The notes beneath the pieces were generated by a model. The model made no database searches. It saw nothing but the letters and a program-made list of their open reading frames with translations, and had not been told where the DNA came from. Source: Hyaloraphidium curvatum SAG 235-1 (lineage: Eukaryota; Fungi; Monoblepharomycota). From it: a DNA stretch of 64,000 bases. A program made the position numbers and the translations under genes. The stretch covers positions 1 through 64,000 of the forward strand of contig JAIVFI010000004.1 of NCBI GenBank assembly GCA_025558095.1, given 5' to 3'. Positions within the stretch are counted from its first letter, which is position 1; each line of letters opens with the position of its first letter. Shown one piece after another: positions 36,376-47,639 of the stretch.

Positions 36376-37623
36376 ATGAATCCCGCCGTCGTGATCCCTT
36401 TTTTCGGCAGCGTGACCGGCGTCGACGGTTCCGCGACGAAACCGCCCGAGGGAGCCGCCGGAGCTTCCGCACCCGGCCACGTCATCGGTTCGGAGGGAGC
36501 CGACGGGCCTCCGCGCGTGCCTCCGGAGCTGCTGGAACACATCGCGCTACATCTCAAGCCGGGTTCGAAGGCGCTGCTTGAGTTTGCTCTCTGCTCCCGG
36601 GCCAGCTTCGACCTCTTGGCGCCCCGCTTCTTCGAGACCTTCCATCCCACTTCCCGGGACCGCTCCGGGTTTGCCGGGAAGGTGGAACGCTGGCTGGCTT
36701 CCGTCACGGCGCAGCGCTGCCTGGGTTGCGTTCGGACCATCCAGCTTCACGCCGCACAGAACGGATGGCAACCCGGGGCGCCGCCCATCGAAGCCGTGCT
36801 GGCCAGGATCCTGTCCGCCTGCGATCGCGCGAAGGAGCTCCATGTGCACCTCGGCTTCGAGGACAACCGTTTCTTCAGAAGCCTCCGCTCCGAGTCTCTC
36901 GTTCACCTCTGCGTCGAGGTGTCCGACGGGACCGACCCCAACCGGTACCTCCCCCTTACCTGGGAGCTGCCCTCCGTAAAGGAGCTTTGGTGGGGAGGCA
37001 TTCTGACGCCCCAGCTTGTTACCGCGATTGCGTTGGGATTTCCCCGCCTGGAGAGTTGGGATGCAAGGTACGTCCGCTCGGTGACGCCGCATCACATACC
37101 CGCAGCCTTGGTGCGGACGATCCGGGGCTGGAAGTTCTACAACGAGGCCGATTTCGCGCGGATGGCTTCCCACCCGGCCTTTGCCCCGCGCAGGCTAGCC
37201 TTCATCGACACCAAGGACGCCCCGTGGTCGTGGGCGGCGGCTTGCTCGGAAGGATGCGCCGCCAGGGAGGTCATCTTCCAAGAGCTTTCGTCGCGGTGCT
37301 TCGCGCAAGGCCTTCCGCCTAGCGCAGAGACAGTTTCGGTCACGCATAGCTTTTCCGTGGAATCGGTATCGATGGACGAGCTGCGAACTATGGAAGCGTT
37401 GTTCGAGAGCCGCCCGGACCTGGAGCTCGACATCCGAGGCGCCGTTCAGATCCCCGAGATGCTCGCACACGGCGACGCCCTCGAATCCCTCGTGGGGCAG
37501 GCAGATCTGTTGTCGTCGGCGGGAGTGAAGATGGATGAGGCGGTGGTCGGTCGCCTGCGGAAACGGCTCGAGGCCGAACGGCGGGAACTCGAGGGCTTCG
37601 GTGCAGCTCCGTGGACGGACTAA
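36376..37623 (+). CDS. F-box-like / LRR protein, intronless
   Basis: VPPELLEHIALHL..LLEFALCSR..LLAPRFF; same architecture as 22201-23322. Confidence 0.72.
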   Translation: MNPAVVIPFFGSVTGVDGSATKPPEGAAGASAPGHVIGSEGADGPPRVPPELLEHIALHLKPGSKALLEFALCSRASFDLLAPRFFETFHPTSRDRSGFAGKVERWLASVTAQRCLGCVRTIQLHAAQNGWQPGAPPIEAVLARILSACDRAKELHVHLGFEDNRFFRSLRSESLVHLCVEVSDGTDPNRYLPLTWELPSVKELWWGGILTPQLVTAIALGFPRLESWDARYVRSVTPHHIPAALVRTIRGWKFYNEADFARMASHPAFAPRRLAFIDTKDAPWSWAAACSEGCAAREVIFQELSSRCFAQGLPPSAETVSVTHSFSVESVSMDELRTMEALFESRPDLELDIRGAVQIPEMLAHGDALESLVGQADLLSSAGVKMDEAVVGRLRKRLEAERRELEGFGAAPWTD

Positions 37624-37765
37624 TCTTGCCGGCGGAGCAACACAATGGAGTACCGAATGACAAAAATACACGCTCACGCGGAATAACAACGTTCTCGAGC
37701 ACGGCCGGCCCGCGAAGCACCGGCTCTTGCAACCAACCATCAGATGACTGCCCAATCCCTCCCTT

Positions 37766-38425
37766 TCAGGCCTTGGTGAGGCAGGAACCGAACATCCTGA
37801 AGATGAGGATGATGGAATAGAACCAGAGGCCCGAACGGACGACCGATTTGACCTGGCGTGAGCGGACGGGATCAGCCCCGATTGCGCACCCGACCCGGCT
37901 TGAATACCACCTCGGTGTCCGCCCACGCGTAGGCAAGGATGTACGCCAGCCTCACGAGGAGGTAGTTCTTGGCCAGCGCGCCCGCGACGGCGGGGTCGAC
38001 GTGGGTGGCGGCGCAGGCGAGCGCGGCGGCGGCAAAGTAGGGCAGGTTCTCGAACCCGTTGGCCGCGGCGTTCTGCATGCGCTTCACGAGACCTTGCTGG
38101 AAAGTATTGGAGGTGCGGAGGGGGGTTTCGACGCGTCAGAGGGCGGGTGGGAAATGGGGGGCATTCGACCCACCGCGCCGGGGGACAGCTTGGCGACCTT
38201 GTCCTTGTCGTCGCGCGGGTTGGCGTTGTTGTACGCGCCGTTCTGGATCTTGACAGTCGCCGCGACAAAGTGCGGGACGATGCAGAGCGCCCTGAGCGGA
38301 AACGCGTCGGCGGGGAAAGAGCGAAACGCGTTGGCGGGAGAAAGGAGGAGCGCGGCCACCGGAGCTCACCACATGGCAGGAATCGCCGCAATGTGCGCGG
38401 GGGAGTAACCGAAGAGGTCTGCCAT
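37766..38425 (-). CDS. MAPEG family membrane protein (multi-exon)
   Basis: YNNANPR, RMQNAAANGFENLPYFAAA, YLLVRLAYILAY, VRSGLWF. Confidence 0.88.
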
Positions 38426-38587
38426 TGCGTGACGCGTTTTCCGAGGGCTGGCGGTGTCGGCGAGAGAAGCACGATGTTAGTCCGGCGGGTGGGAATCCGA
38501 AGCGCGGGGGCTGTGGGTGTCGAAATGCTGCGCCGTCGGGGCACTTTACGTGTTGAGGCCACACACAGACGACACCTTTGGAATCCT

Positions 38588-40849
38588 TCACACCGGCTCT
38601 GCATCGAGCACCTCCTCCAGCCTCGCCGCAGCCTCCTCTTCCCACCCCCCGCCGCCCTCCGTCCCACCGTTCCCAGCCATCCCCATCATCGCCCTCCCCC
38701 GATCCGCCATCTTCCTCGCGAAAGCATCGCACCTCCCCCTCGCGTCCAGCGCCATGATGCACCCCCTCGCGGCGCGCATGACCTCCTCCAGTGCCTCTTC
38801 TGCAGCGGGGGCGGGCGACGAGCGCAGCCGCTTCGCGAGGGGCGCGAACAGGCGGAGCACGGAGAACAGGGCGAGGTAGGGGGCTGGAGACGGCGCGACG
38901 GGGTGCCCGGGGTCGGAGGAGAGGGAGGACATGAGCCTCGCGAAGGCGAGGGCGCAATCGAGGAGCTCCGCGCCGCCTTCGCCCGAAGCGACCTCGTCCG
39001 CCAGCGCGTCCGGGGGCTCGGCGTCCAAGGAAGAGGGCACCCCGGGATCGGGGCGGGGCATGGTGCCCAGGGAGGTGTGCAGCTGCAGCCTCAGCACGGG
39101 TATCGTGGCGAAGCACGGCAGCAGCGCGCGGGCATCGGGGTTCGCGGCGAGGAGCTGCGCCGGATCGCCCGTTGCGCATGCGATGCGGGCGGCAGGCGGG
39201 AAAGCGTGGTCCCGCACGTCGGCGATGAGCGAGTCTAGCTGCGTGCGGCGCGCGAGGAGCGGCCTCAGCTCCGGTGAGCAAGCGGATGCATCCGTGGGCA
39301 GCTGCGCCGGGGATGCGAGCCCGGCCGCGGTGCAGGCACGGATGAACCTGTCCAGCTCCCTCCTCAGCAGCACCGAAAGCCATAGGAGCACCTCCCCGGA
39401 TTGCGCCAGGTATCCACCCAGCACTCTCAGCCCCGCCCTCCGCAGATCCCCTCGGTCCAGAAGCAAGCAAGCAAGAAGCTCCCCCGTAGCCGGCGTCTTT
39501 GGCATCCGGCGGGGATCGAACGAGGGGAGCTCCGCCGCCTCCCAGACCCTCGGCCCCGGGACGGCCGGAAGCGAGAGCGAGCTTAGGTCCGTGGCCAGCG
39601 AGCCAGCCGGCTGCCCCTTATCCCGGAACTCCCTCTCCATCCGCACGCGCAGGCGGAGGTGCACCAGCCTCTGGGCGGCGAAGTAGTTGATCCAGTGCTC
39701 CTTGAGCGCGCGCAGCCCGCCCTGCCCGATCTCGGCGTCCAGCACCCCCGGGCCGAACGCCGCGGACGCGGCGTCTTCCCACGTCGCGGGCAGAGCCGGT
39801 TGCATGTCCTTCGCGACGTGGCCGGCGCGGACCAGCAGCGCGTCCGAGAGCGCGTCCAGCTTCCGCGCGAGGCCGTGCAGCCCCTTGTGCGCGCACCACA
39901 TCCCCAGATCGACCAGCGAGGAGAAGGCATGGATCGTCGGGCGCGTCGAGCTGTCCAGCAGCGCGGCGACCTCCTCGGTCGCCCGATCGAACAGCTGCCT
40001 CTCGAGGGTGACCACCGGCGGCGGAGTGTCATCCCTTGCGACGGCCAGGGTGGCCAGCAGCACCGAACACAGCGTAAGCACCGGCGCGTCCGGGCGCAGG
40101 ATCTCCGCTCGGCGGAGCAGGCCGTTGCCGGGTGCGGTGCGGGGAACGTACAGCTGCGCGGTGCAGTAGTAGAATGTCGGCGGATCCGGGAGGAAGGGGA
40201 GGGAGGACCAACGCGGCACGCCGGCGGTTTCGCTCGGGGACGAGAGCGAAGCCGGTGTGCCCGGTAGTGCTAGGAGTCCCGACGGGGCGGGTGTCGGGAA
40301 CAGCGGCTGCAGGTTTCCTGACGTCGAGGCGGTTGCGGCCGACAGCATGCCGCTGCTGCCGAACATCGAGCTGCCAAACACCATGGCGAATGCGCCGCTG
40401 CTTGCCGACGAGCCCGGCGACGGCAGCAGCGCGGGCAGGCTGACCGCCGACGCCCTGCGCTTCCTCTCCGGCTCGCCGGCCGCGGGGGCGTCCGACTTCC
40501 TGCGCTGCGGCGGCCCCGCCGTCGTCCTCGCGCCCTCATCCCCCTCCTCGCCCTTGGTCTTCTCCGGCTTCGGCCTGCTCCGCGTGCCCCTGCTCGCGCG
40601 CGGCCCCCACTCCTCGTCCCCGTCCGGCTCCTCGTCCTCGTCCCAGCTCTCAACCGACACGCCGCGGGCGCCCCACGGGCCCTTGGGCCCCCGCTTGAGC
40701 GACGGCGCCCGCGTGCATTCGAGCCCGTTGCGCAGGCACCGCCCGCACGGCCCGCCGTCCGCCGCGGGCTCGCATCTCTTGCGCGCCGCCGTGCAGTTAG
40801 AACACGACGTGCGCAGGCGGGCCGGTCGGTCGGGCGGCAGCGTGTCCAT
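38588..40849 (-). CDS. Zn2Cys6 transcription factor, intronless
   Basis: SCSNCTAARKRCEPAADGGPCGRCLRNGLECT followed by KRGPK and a long helical region. Confidence 0.88.
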   Translation of the reverse strand: MDTLPPDRPARLRTSCSNCTAARKRCEPAADGGPCGRCLRNGLECTRAPSLKRGPKGPWGARGVSVESWDEDEEPDGDEEWGPRASRGTRSRPKPEKTKGEEGDEGARTTAGPPQRRKSDAPAAGEPERKRRASAVSLPALLPSPGSSASSGAFAMVFGSSMFGSSGMLSAATASTSGNLQPLFPTPAPSGLLALPGTPASLSSPSETAGVPRWSSLPFLPDPPTFYYCTAQLYVPRTAPGNGLLRRAEILRPDAPVLTLCSVLLATLAVARDDTPPPVVTLERQLFDRATEEVAALLDSSTRPTIHAFSSLVDLGMWCAHKGLHGLARKLDALSDALLVRAGHVAKDMQPALPATWEDAASAAFGPGVLDAEIGQGGLRALKEHWINYFAAQRLVHLRLRVRMEREFRDKGQPAGSLATDLSSLSLPAVPGPRVWEAAELPSFDPRRMPKTPATGELLACLLLDRGDLRRAGLRVLGGYLAQSGEVLLWLSVLLRRELDRFIRACTAAGLASPAQLPTDASACSPELRPLLARRTQLDSLIADVRDHAFPPAARIACATGDPAQLLAANPDARALLPCFATIPVLRLQLHTSLGTMPRPDPGVPSSLDAEPPDALADEVASGEGGAELLDCALAFARLMSSLSSDPGHPVAPSPAPYLALFSVLRLFAPLAKRLRSSPAPAAEEALEEVMRAARGCIMALDARGRCDAFARKMADRGRAMMGMAGNGGTEGGGGWEEEAAARLEEVLDAEPV

Positions 40850-41601
40850 CTGCACGGAAGGTGAATGGGACGGTGGTTCAACTACGGAATGGAGCCCAGA
40901 TCGCTTTGTTATCCGGGCGGAACGCCGATCTCCCGGGGACTCCCGGTGCGGACACCACGACTTCCGTGCCCGTGCATTCCCCGCCGCCGCGCTTCGACCG
41001 TGGCCAGCCATTGCGGCGACCATTTCTGCCGGACGTCCCCACGGCTTCGCTCTGCACCCTCGCCGGGGGCATGCGATTCGGGAAATGCGGGGTGGTGTCG
41101 TTAGTCACGGACGAGCGATCCCTTGAATCCCGCCCGACAACTGGACCCGAAAGCGCGCCCGTCCCTGCCCCCCGCACGCCGACCAGACTTGCCCGGTCCC
41201 CGGTGAAAGCATGAGACACGCAGCACCTCCACCGCCCGTGCGCACGCCGGTCACCGCCGTCCGTGCAACGCACCCGGGACGTTCCCCGTCCCGCCCGACG
41301 GAATTCCCGGGTTGCTCCGGGAGCTCCCCCGGATCGTCCCGCACGGACCCCGGCGGCCGGTCCGGACCGCGCGGTCGTCGGCCACCTTGGCGGCGGGCGG
41401 TGCCGCCGGTGGCTCGGACCCCGTCCTTTCGGCCGCACGCCGCGGGCGTGCGGACGGAGCGTCGCCCTCGGCGGCGCTGGACGAGAACCCGGCGTGTCTG
41501 ACCTAGCTTCTCTATGCCGTGTGCCCTCTATTGATGCAGCACCACAACCGGCCCGCTCCCCGACCAAGACCCTCCGCCCTCTCTGTACGCCTTGTTCGTC
41601 G

Positions 41602-41668
41602 TCCAGCGCCTCGACGAACTCGACGACCGCCAGCGACAGCTCCGCCGCGCGCATGTCGGCCCCGCGCA
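41602..41668 (-). repeat. Inverted 67-bp copy of the 3' coding end of the beta-lactamase-family gene
   Basis: Reverse complement matches 45565-45631 with 4 mismatches (RGADMRAAxLSLAxVExVxAL). Confidence 0.88.
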
Positions 41669-41828
41669 ACCCATGCGCGGGGCTCACGGCGATCGTTTGC
41701 CAAACGAGCACCACTCGAGGTATTTCTGTGTACACGGAGGCGACACAGGACACAGGCTTGTCCAACGCGGAGCGACCGGCACTCCTCCTCCCACCCCAAC
41801 CCCTTCCCGCTCCCGCTTCCCGCCGTCG

Positions 41829-42767
41829 TCACCGCCGCATGGTCGTCGTCTTCCTCCGCTTTGTCGTCGTCTTCCTCCTCTTGGTCGTCGTCCTCCTCTT
41901 CGTCGTCTTCCTCCCGCCCGGCAGCACGTCCGGCGCCCACGTCCTCATCACCCCGTCCACCCACCCGCTGACCGCCGACACCCTCGCGTACCCCCCCACG
42001 GGCCAATCCGGATCCGCGCACCCCTCCCCGAAGCTCACGACCCCCACCAGCACCCACCCCCCGTCCCTCGCCGCGAAGAGGGGGCCGCCGGAATCGCCCT
42101 GGCACGAGTCCCTGCCGGGGAACCCGGCGCACATGATGGTGGGGTGGGATTCCAGCCGCGAGCACTGCGCGGCGGTGGCGGCGCGGAGGTCCGCCTGCAG
42201 GAGGTGCTGCGAGGATTCGCCGCGGTCGGCGACGGCGCCCCAGCCGATGGTGCGGAGGGCCGTTCCCGCGGCGGGGAACGAGGGGTCGCGGTTGATGGGG
42301 ATGCGGGCGGGGGCGCGGGCGCCGTGGTTTGCGATCGGTGTGACGCGGAGGATGGCGACGTCGTAGGGGTTCTGCCGGCGGACGTGCGCCGGGTGGACGA
42401 TGATCTGGTCGACGCGGTACTCGACCCCGCGCTCGTCCGAGGTCTGCTGGTACTGGTCCAGGCGGTACGTTGCCACGAGGAGCATGTCGGGGGTGGTGCC
42501 CGGCTCGTCGACGCAGTGTGCGGCTGTGAGTACGAGGTTGGGTGCAATCATGCTGCCGCCGCAGATCTGGTCGAATGTGGACGAGGCGATGAGCATGGCC
42601 ATCCAGGGGTAGGTGGTGGAGGAGGGCACCCGCGTGCCGCCGACGATGTTGGGGACGAGCTGGCGGCGCGCCGGGGCGGGGTGGGTGGCATTGGTGGGGG
42701 AGGCGTGGGCCGGGGGCGGCACGCAGGCGAGGAGGGCGAGCAGCGGGAGGGCGGCTGGGCGGCGCAT
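41829..42767 (-). CDS. Secreted trypsin-like serine protease with basic Thr-rich tail, intronless
   Basis: Signal peptide, IVGG, LTAAHC, YDVAIL, GRDSCQGDSGGP; tail RKTTKRRTTTKRRKTTTKRRKTTTMRR. Confidence 0.95.
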   Translation of the reverse strand: MRRPAALPLLALLACVPPPAHASPTNATHPAPARRQLVPNIVGGTRVPSSTTYPWMAMLIASSTFDQICGGSMIAPNLVLTAAHCVDEPGTTPDMLLVATYRLDQYQQTSDERGVEYRVDQIIVHPAHVRRQNPYDVAILRVTPIANHGARAPARIPINRDPSFPAAGTALRTIGWGAVADRGESSQHLLQADLRAATAAQCSRLESHPTIMCAGFPGRDSCQGDSGGPLFAARDGGWVLVGVVSFGEGCADPDWPVGGYARVSAVSGWVDGVMRTWAPDVLPGGRKTTKRRTTTKRRKTTTKRRKTTTMRR

Positions 42768-43269
42768 CGCGGCGGCAGACACCCCGGCGGGCACGACAAG
42801 TGCACGGCCAATGCCGGCGAGGCGTCCGCTTCCGGGTTCCGGGGGTGCGGCGGGCGGCCGGGCCGTTGACAGGTCCGGGCGGTGCCGACTGCACGCGCAG
42901 GCTGCGGAGTGCCGGCCCGGTCCTCCTGGCCTCGGCCGCCGGGGAGCGCGAGAGCGATGCGGCAGCGGCCGAGGGATCGCGGCCCTTCCGGCCTCGGGAG
43001 GCCCGCTGGGTGGGCAACGGCGGTTGTGCTGTGGGGGATGCCGCTTGACGCCGCGGCGGCGGGCGCAGCACACCTCGGTCAGCGTCACCCAGACCCAGGG
43101 AACGAGGGATCGCAGGAACAATCAGCATGTCGACAGGATGCTATGGATGTCTTCCTACAGGTGAGTGATTCCTCGGTCGTCCGGCCACAGCCGGCGCCGG
43201 TACACGCCCAGTGAAACCTCGGCACGTCCTGGTGGCCACCTGGACACCTCCAACCGGCGCCAAACCCCC

Positions 43270-43827
43270 TCATTTGGACTCCCCACCCGGCGCATCGATC
43301 AGCACGAACGCGATCCTCGCCGGCCTCCCCGACCTGTTTGCCCAGGCATGATTCGTGCCCCGCTGCACCAACACGTCCCCCGCCTTCAGCACCGTCTCCC
43401 CCTCGTCCATGATGGCCACCAGCTCCCCTTCCAGCATGATGGCGTAGTCCACCGTGCGCGTGCGGTGCATCCCCGGGTGCTCCCCCGGCTTGGGCGCGTG
43501 GTCCGCGTCGCGGAACATGGTCCCGAAGGTCGCGTGCAGCGCCCTTTCGCGCTCGGCGGGGTCCTCCGGCTCGGGCGGGAAGTCGATCACCCTCAGCACC
43601 GTCCCGCCGGGGGGCGGCGCGATCCCCCTGTGCTCGGCGACGGTGTCCTCCGCGTCCGGGCAGCCGCCGGGGAGCGTGCGCCAGATGTTGGTCACCCTGT
43701 AGCCCGGACGCTCGGGGACCGTGCGGACGGCGGGGGAGGCGCCGTCGGAGAGGAAGAAGGAGCGGCCGGAGGGGTCGTCGGCGGTGACGACGCGGCGGAT
43801 CGGGGGAGGGAGGGAGGGGGCGGACAT
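43270..43827 (-). CDS. Cupin domain protein, intronless
   Basis: IRRVVT, RVIDFPP, MHRTRTVDYAIMLEGE, GDVLVQRGTNHAWANRS. Confidence 0.92.
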   Translation of the reverse strand: MSAPSLPPPIRRVVTADDPSGRSFFLSDGASPAVRTVPERPGYRVTNIWRTLPGGCPDAEDTVAEHRGIAPPPGGTVLRVIDFPPEPEDPAERERALHATFGTMFRDADHAPKPGEHPGMHRTRTVDYAIMLEGELVAIMDEGETVLKAGDVLVQRGTNHAWANRSGRPARIAFVLIDAPGGESK

Positions 43828-44085
43828 CGCGGTGAGGGGGGGAGAGGCACGCCTCGGAGTGAATGGAGGGTGCTAAGAGGGAGTCGAAGACGGTGTGAGA
43901 CGCGGATCCGGCCGCAAGTCCGGGGTCGAAGCTGCGGGAGACGCCGCGCGTCGGCCCGCGCGAATTGGCGCCGCCGCCGCCTAAACTCATTCTGTCCCCA
44001 CCGCCGCACGCCTCTCCCGCCGGTTCTCCCTTCGGAACTGCGCTCTCCTATTGCCGCTGCACCGCACCGCCCGGCCTGCGCGACG

Positions 44086-45653
44086 ATGGGCTCCGCCGAC
44101 ACCTCCGACTGGCCCATCGGCGGCTTCGTCAAGCCCGGCTTCGAGCCCGTGCGGGATGCGTTCGCGGCCAACTTCGAGGCCGGCAAGGAGCTCGGCGCGG
44201 GCTACGTGGCCTACTACAAGGGCGAGCGCGTGGTCGACCTGTTCGGCGGGTGGCAGGACGAGGCCAAGAGCGTGCCGTTCACGGACAGGAGCCTGACGAC
44301 GGTGTGGTCCAGCGGGAAGGCGGTGGTGCGTTGCTTGCCGTGTTCCTGTGTTCCTGCGCGGCACCATCATGCTCATGAGCAGCGGGTGGCGGCCAACAGC
44401 TCGGGGTCACCGTCGCCCACCTCGTCAGCAAGGGGCTGCTGAAGTACGACGACCCCGTGGCCAAATACTGGTGGGCCCTTCGCCGTGCCGACCTCCGCAA
44501 GACCATCTGACATCGTCGCCCGCCAAGGCCCGAGTTCGCCGCCGGGGGCAAGGAGCACGTGCTGGTCAAGGACCTGTGCCAGCACACGGCCGGCGTGGCG
44601 TGGCTGGACCCCGACCACCTCCCCTCGGTCAAGGACACGCAGGACCTGGACGCGGTGGCCGAGAAGATCGCGGGGCAGCCGCACAACTTCGGCGGCGAGT
44701 ACCACAAGATCTACCACGCGGTGACCCAGGGGTGCGCGCCATCACCCGGCCCGGCCCGATCGCGGAAGCTGATCCCCCGCCCCGCGCCAGATGGTACCTC
44801 AACGAGCTCGTCCGCCGCACCCTCGGCAAATCCCACGGCGCCTTCATGCGCGAGGACGTCAACCCGTCCCTGGGCACCGACGTGTACTGCGGCTTCCCCG
44901 CCGACGACCCGGCCATGGAGCGGCGGTACGCGCCCGTGGTGATGGCCAAGGCGCTGCTCGAGTCGTTCGCTGCCAACCCCGCCGTCGAGGGCAGCCCCAG
45001 GTGGAAGGTCAACATGACGATGCCAAAGGGGTACACGTCGGGGAACGATCCGGAGCTGAGGAAGGGGGAGAGCCCCGCGGCGTTCACGGTGTCCAACGCG
45101 GCGTCGGTGGGTCGCCCCTCCCGACGGCGGAAGGATATCCGCGGCTGACGTGCCCCCCGCCGTCCGGCGCAGCTCGCGAGGCTCGCCGCGCTCTGTTCCA
45201 TGGGCGGCACCCTCGACGGCGTCGAGCTCATCTCCCGCGAGGTCCTCGCGCACAGCGCGTCGCTGGATCCCAAGGCCGACGGCGTGGTGGACATGAACCT
45301 CGAGTACGCCACGCGCACGTGCGCGGGGGGCACGTCGTGGGTGCAGAGCAAGGCGGGGCAGAGGGTGCCGGCCGAGTTCCCGCCCGAGGAGGCAAAGGGG
45401 GAGGGGTGGACCTGGCGCGGGTGGTGGGTCTTCCGGTTGGGGAGGGAGGGCGACGGGCTGACCGCGATCCCGCCGGGAAAGGTTCGGGTTCGGGGGGTCG
45501 CACATGCAGTTCGAGCCCGACCGCCAATGCGCCTCGGCCTACGTGATGAACCTCATGCAGCCCATGCGCGGGGCCGACATGCGCGCGGCGAAGCTGTCGC
45601 TGGCGTTCGTCGAGTGCGTCGATGCGCTGGAGGGCAAGGGCGGCAGGGCGTAG
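44086..45653 (+). CDS. Beta-lactamase-family serine hydrolase (multi-exon)
   Basis: GFVKPGFEPVRDAFAANF, VVDLFGG, WSSGK (SxxK), YDDPVAKYWPEF, HTAG, YHAVT.GWYLNELVRR, GFGGS. Confidence 0.9.
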
Positions 45654-45803
45654 GGGGTGCCAAGAAGGGAGAGGGACGGGAAGCGGCTGTGGAGAATACA
45701 GCACATCTTCTGCGACATAGAGTACTCTACATCCGTGGGGAAGGAAAACCAAGCACTGTGGCAGCCAGACCAGGCAATAGCAATGTCTCCGTCCCCCTCC
45801 TTC

Positions 45804-46986
45804 TCAACGTCCCGGGTCCACGGCCAGCACCCGCGTCACCGTCGTCGTCCTCACCACCGTCTCGGTCTCGCGCACCGTTTCGCGGACCGTCTCCGTCTCG
45901 CGCACGGTCTCCCGGACCGTGGCCGTGCTCGTCCGCACGACCGTCGCCGCCCGCCCCCCGTCCACCCTCGCACACGCCACCGTGCACATGGCCGGCCTCG
46001 CCGCCGTCGTCGTCCGCTTCCTCCTCGCGGCCGCGAGCACCCCCGGCGCGTGCACCGACATCAGCGCGTCCATCCAGGGGATCAGCGACGAGGTCCGCGC
46101 GTACACGGCCAGGTACACCCGCGGGTCCGCGCAGCCCGCCGTGCCGAAGCTCACGAGGCCCACGTGCACCCATTCCCCGGCCCGCTGCACCATCAAGGGG
46201 CCGCCGGAATCGCCCTGGCACGAGTCCCTGCCGGGGCTCCCCGCGCAGATCATGCTCGGGTAGGCGCCGTCGGGCCCGACCTGGGCGCGGCACGCGGCGG
46301 GGGCGGCGGTGGATATGTCGACCTGCTGCAGGTTGGCCGGCGAGGGCCCGGAGTAGCTGAGGGCGCCCCAGCCGATGGTGCGGGCGGCGGTGCCACCGGC
46401 CGGGAACGCCGGGGTGCGGTTGAGGGCGATCCAGCGGGGGGTGTTGGACCCGTGGTTGGTCGGGGCGGAGAGGAGGAACACGGCGGCGTCGTGCTCGTTG
46501 GTGTCCGCGTTGTACAGCGGGTGCACGAAGATCTGGAGCACCGCGTAGTCGATGCCGCCCTCCGCGGCCGTCGAGAGGCGCGAGTTGAGGCGGTAGGTCG
46601 AGGCGGTCCAGTTTGCGGCCAGGGTGCCGGCGCCGCAGTGGGCGGCGGTCAGCAGCATGTTGGGTGCGACCAGCGAGCCGCCGCAGAACCAGCCGGTGGC
46701 GCGGTTGTAGATCATGGCCATGAAGGGGTAGACGGCGGCGCCGGGGACCGAGGAGCCGCCGACCTAAACGGGAGGGGGAGCAACCGGTCAGCGGGCGAGG
46801 CGGACGGGGCCCGGCCGGTCAACCTACAATGTTGGGCGACAGGCCGCCGACGGCCACCGGCGCCGCGCCGCCGACGAAGAACCCCGGCGGCGCCGTCGGC
46901 GGCACAACACGGGCGGCGGCGGGACCGGCGAACGCGAGCGCGGCGAGCAGCGCAGCCGCAGCCGCGGCCAGACGTCGGGCCGGCAT
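45804..46986 (-). CDS. Secreted trypsin-like serine protease with Thr/Val/Arg C-terminal extension (2 exons)
   Basis: MPARRLAAAAALLAALAFA...PNI|VGG, LTAAHC, HDAAV, GRDSCQGDSGGP; tail TVRETVRETETVRETVRETETVVRTTTVT. Confidence 0.93.
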
Positions 46987-47639
46987 TCGGGGCCGGCGGG
47001 AACGAGATCACGGCGGGCGTGCGGTCACCGCGGCATGGGCGGGCGGGGGCGGCGCAAAGGGTCCCGGCAAGCATATTTCGTCGGCGGGAGCGGGCACTGG
47101 ACCCGATGGCCGGCCTGCCGGCCGGACCGGCCGCCCACGATCCAGCGGGTATCCGGCGTCCTGGTCCAAGCGGCGGCGATCCTGAGTGAGCTCCGGATGG
47201 TATCCAACGGAATCCGTGTATTTTCGGCGGCTTCCGGCTTCCCCGGCACTTCCTTCTGCCGCGGACCCTAGGCGGGGCGGTGCAACGCCGAAACCGCGTC
47301 AAGGCGCAAACTCGATGCGTCGACTCGATTCGCTCAATTCTGGAGCTCGATCCGAATATCGGCGCCTGGATGCGGACGGCGACGACGGCGTGATTCACGA
47401 TCAGGGGCATCGCGGGCGGTGCTGCCGCGGCTTTCGGACCGCGCACCACAATCCGGCCTTGGATCCGGGTATCTGGCGACAGGACCAACGTCATCGCTAC
47501 GAGGGAAGGTCCGAGGCAGTGCCGGCCAGGATCCGCTCCGCAATCCGATCACCGGGCTCCTGCTGTGCGCTTCTGGGCCACCCGATACTTGCCGCAACGA
47601 TCCACGCACAACCCAACGAGTCCGCGCCCACGAGCAAAC

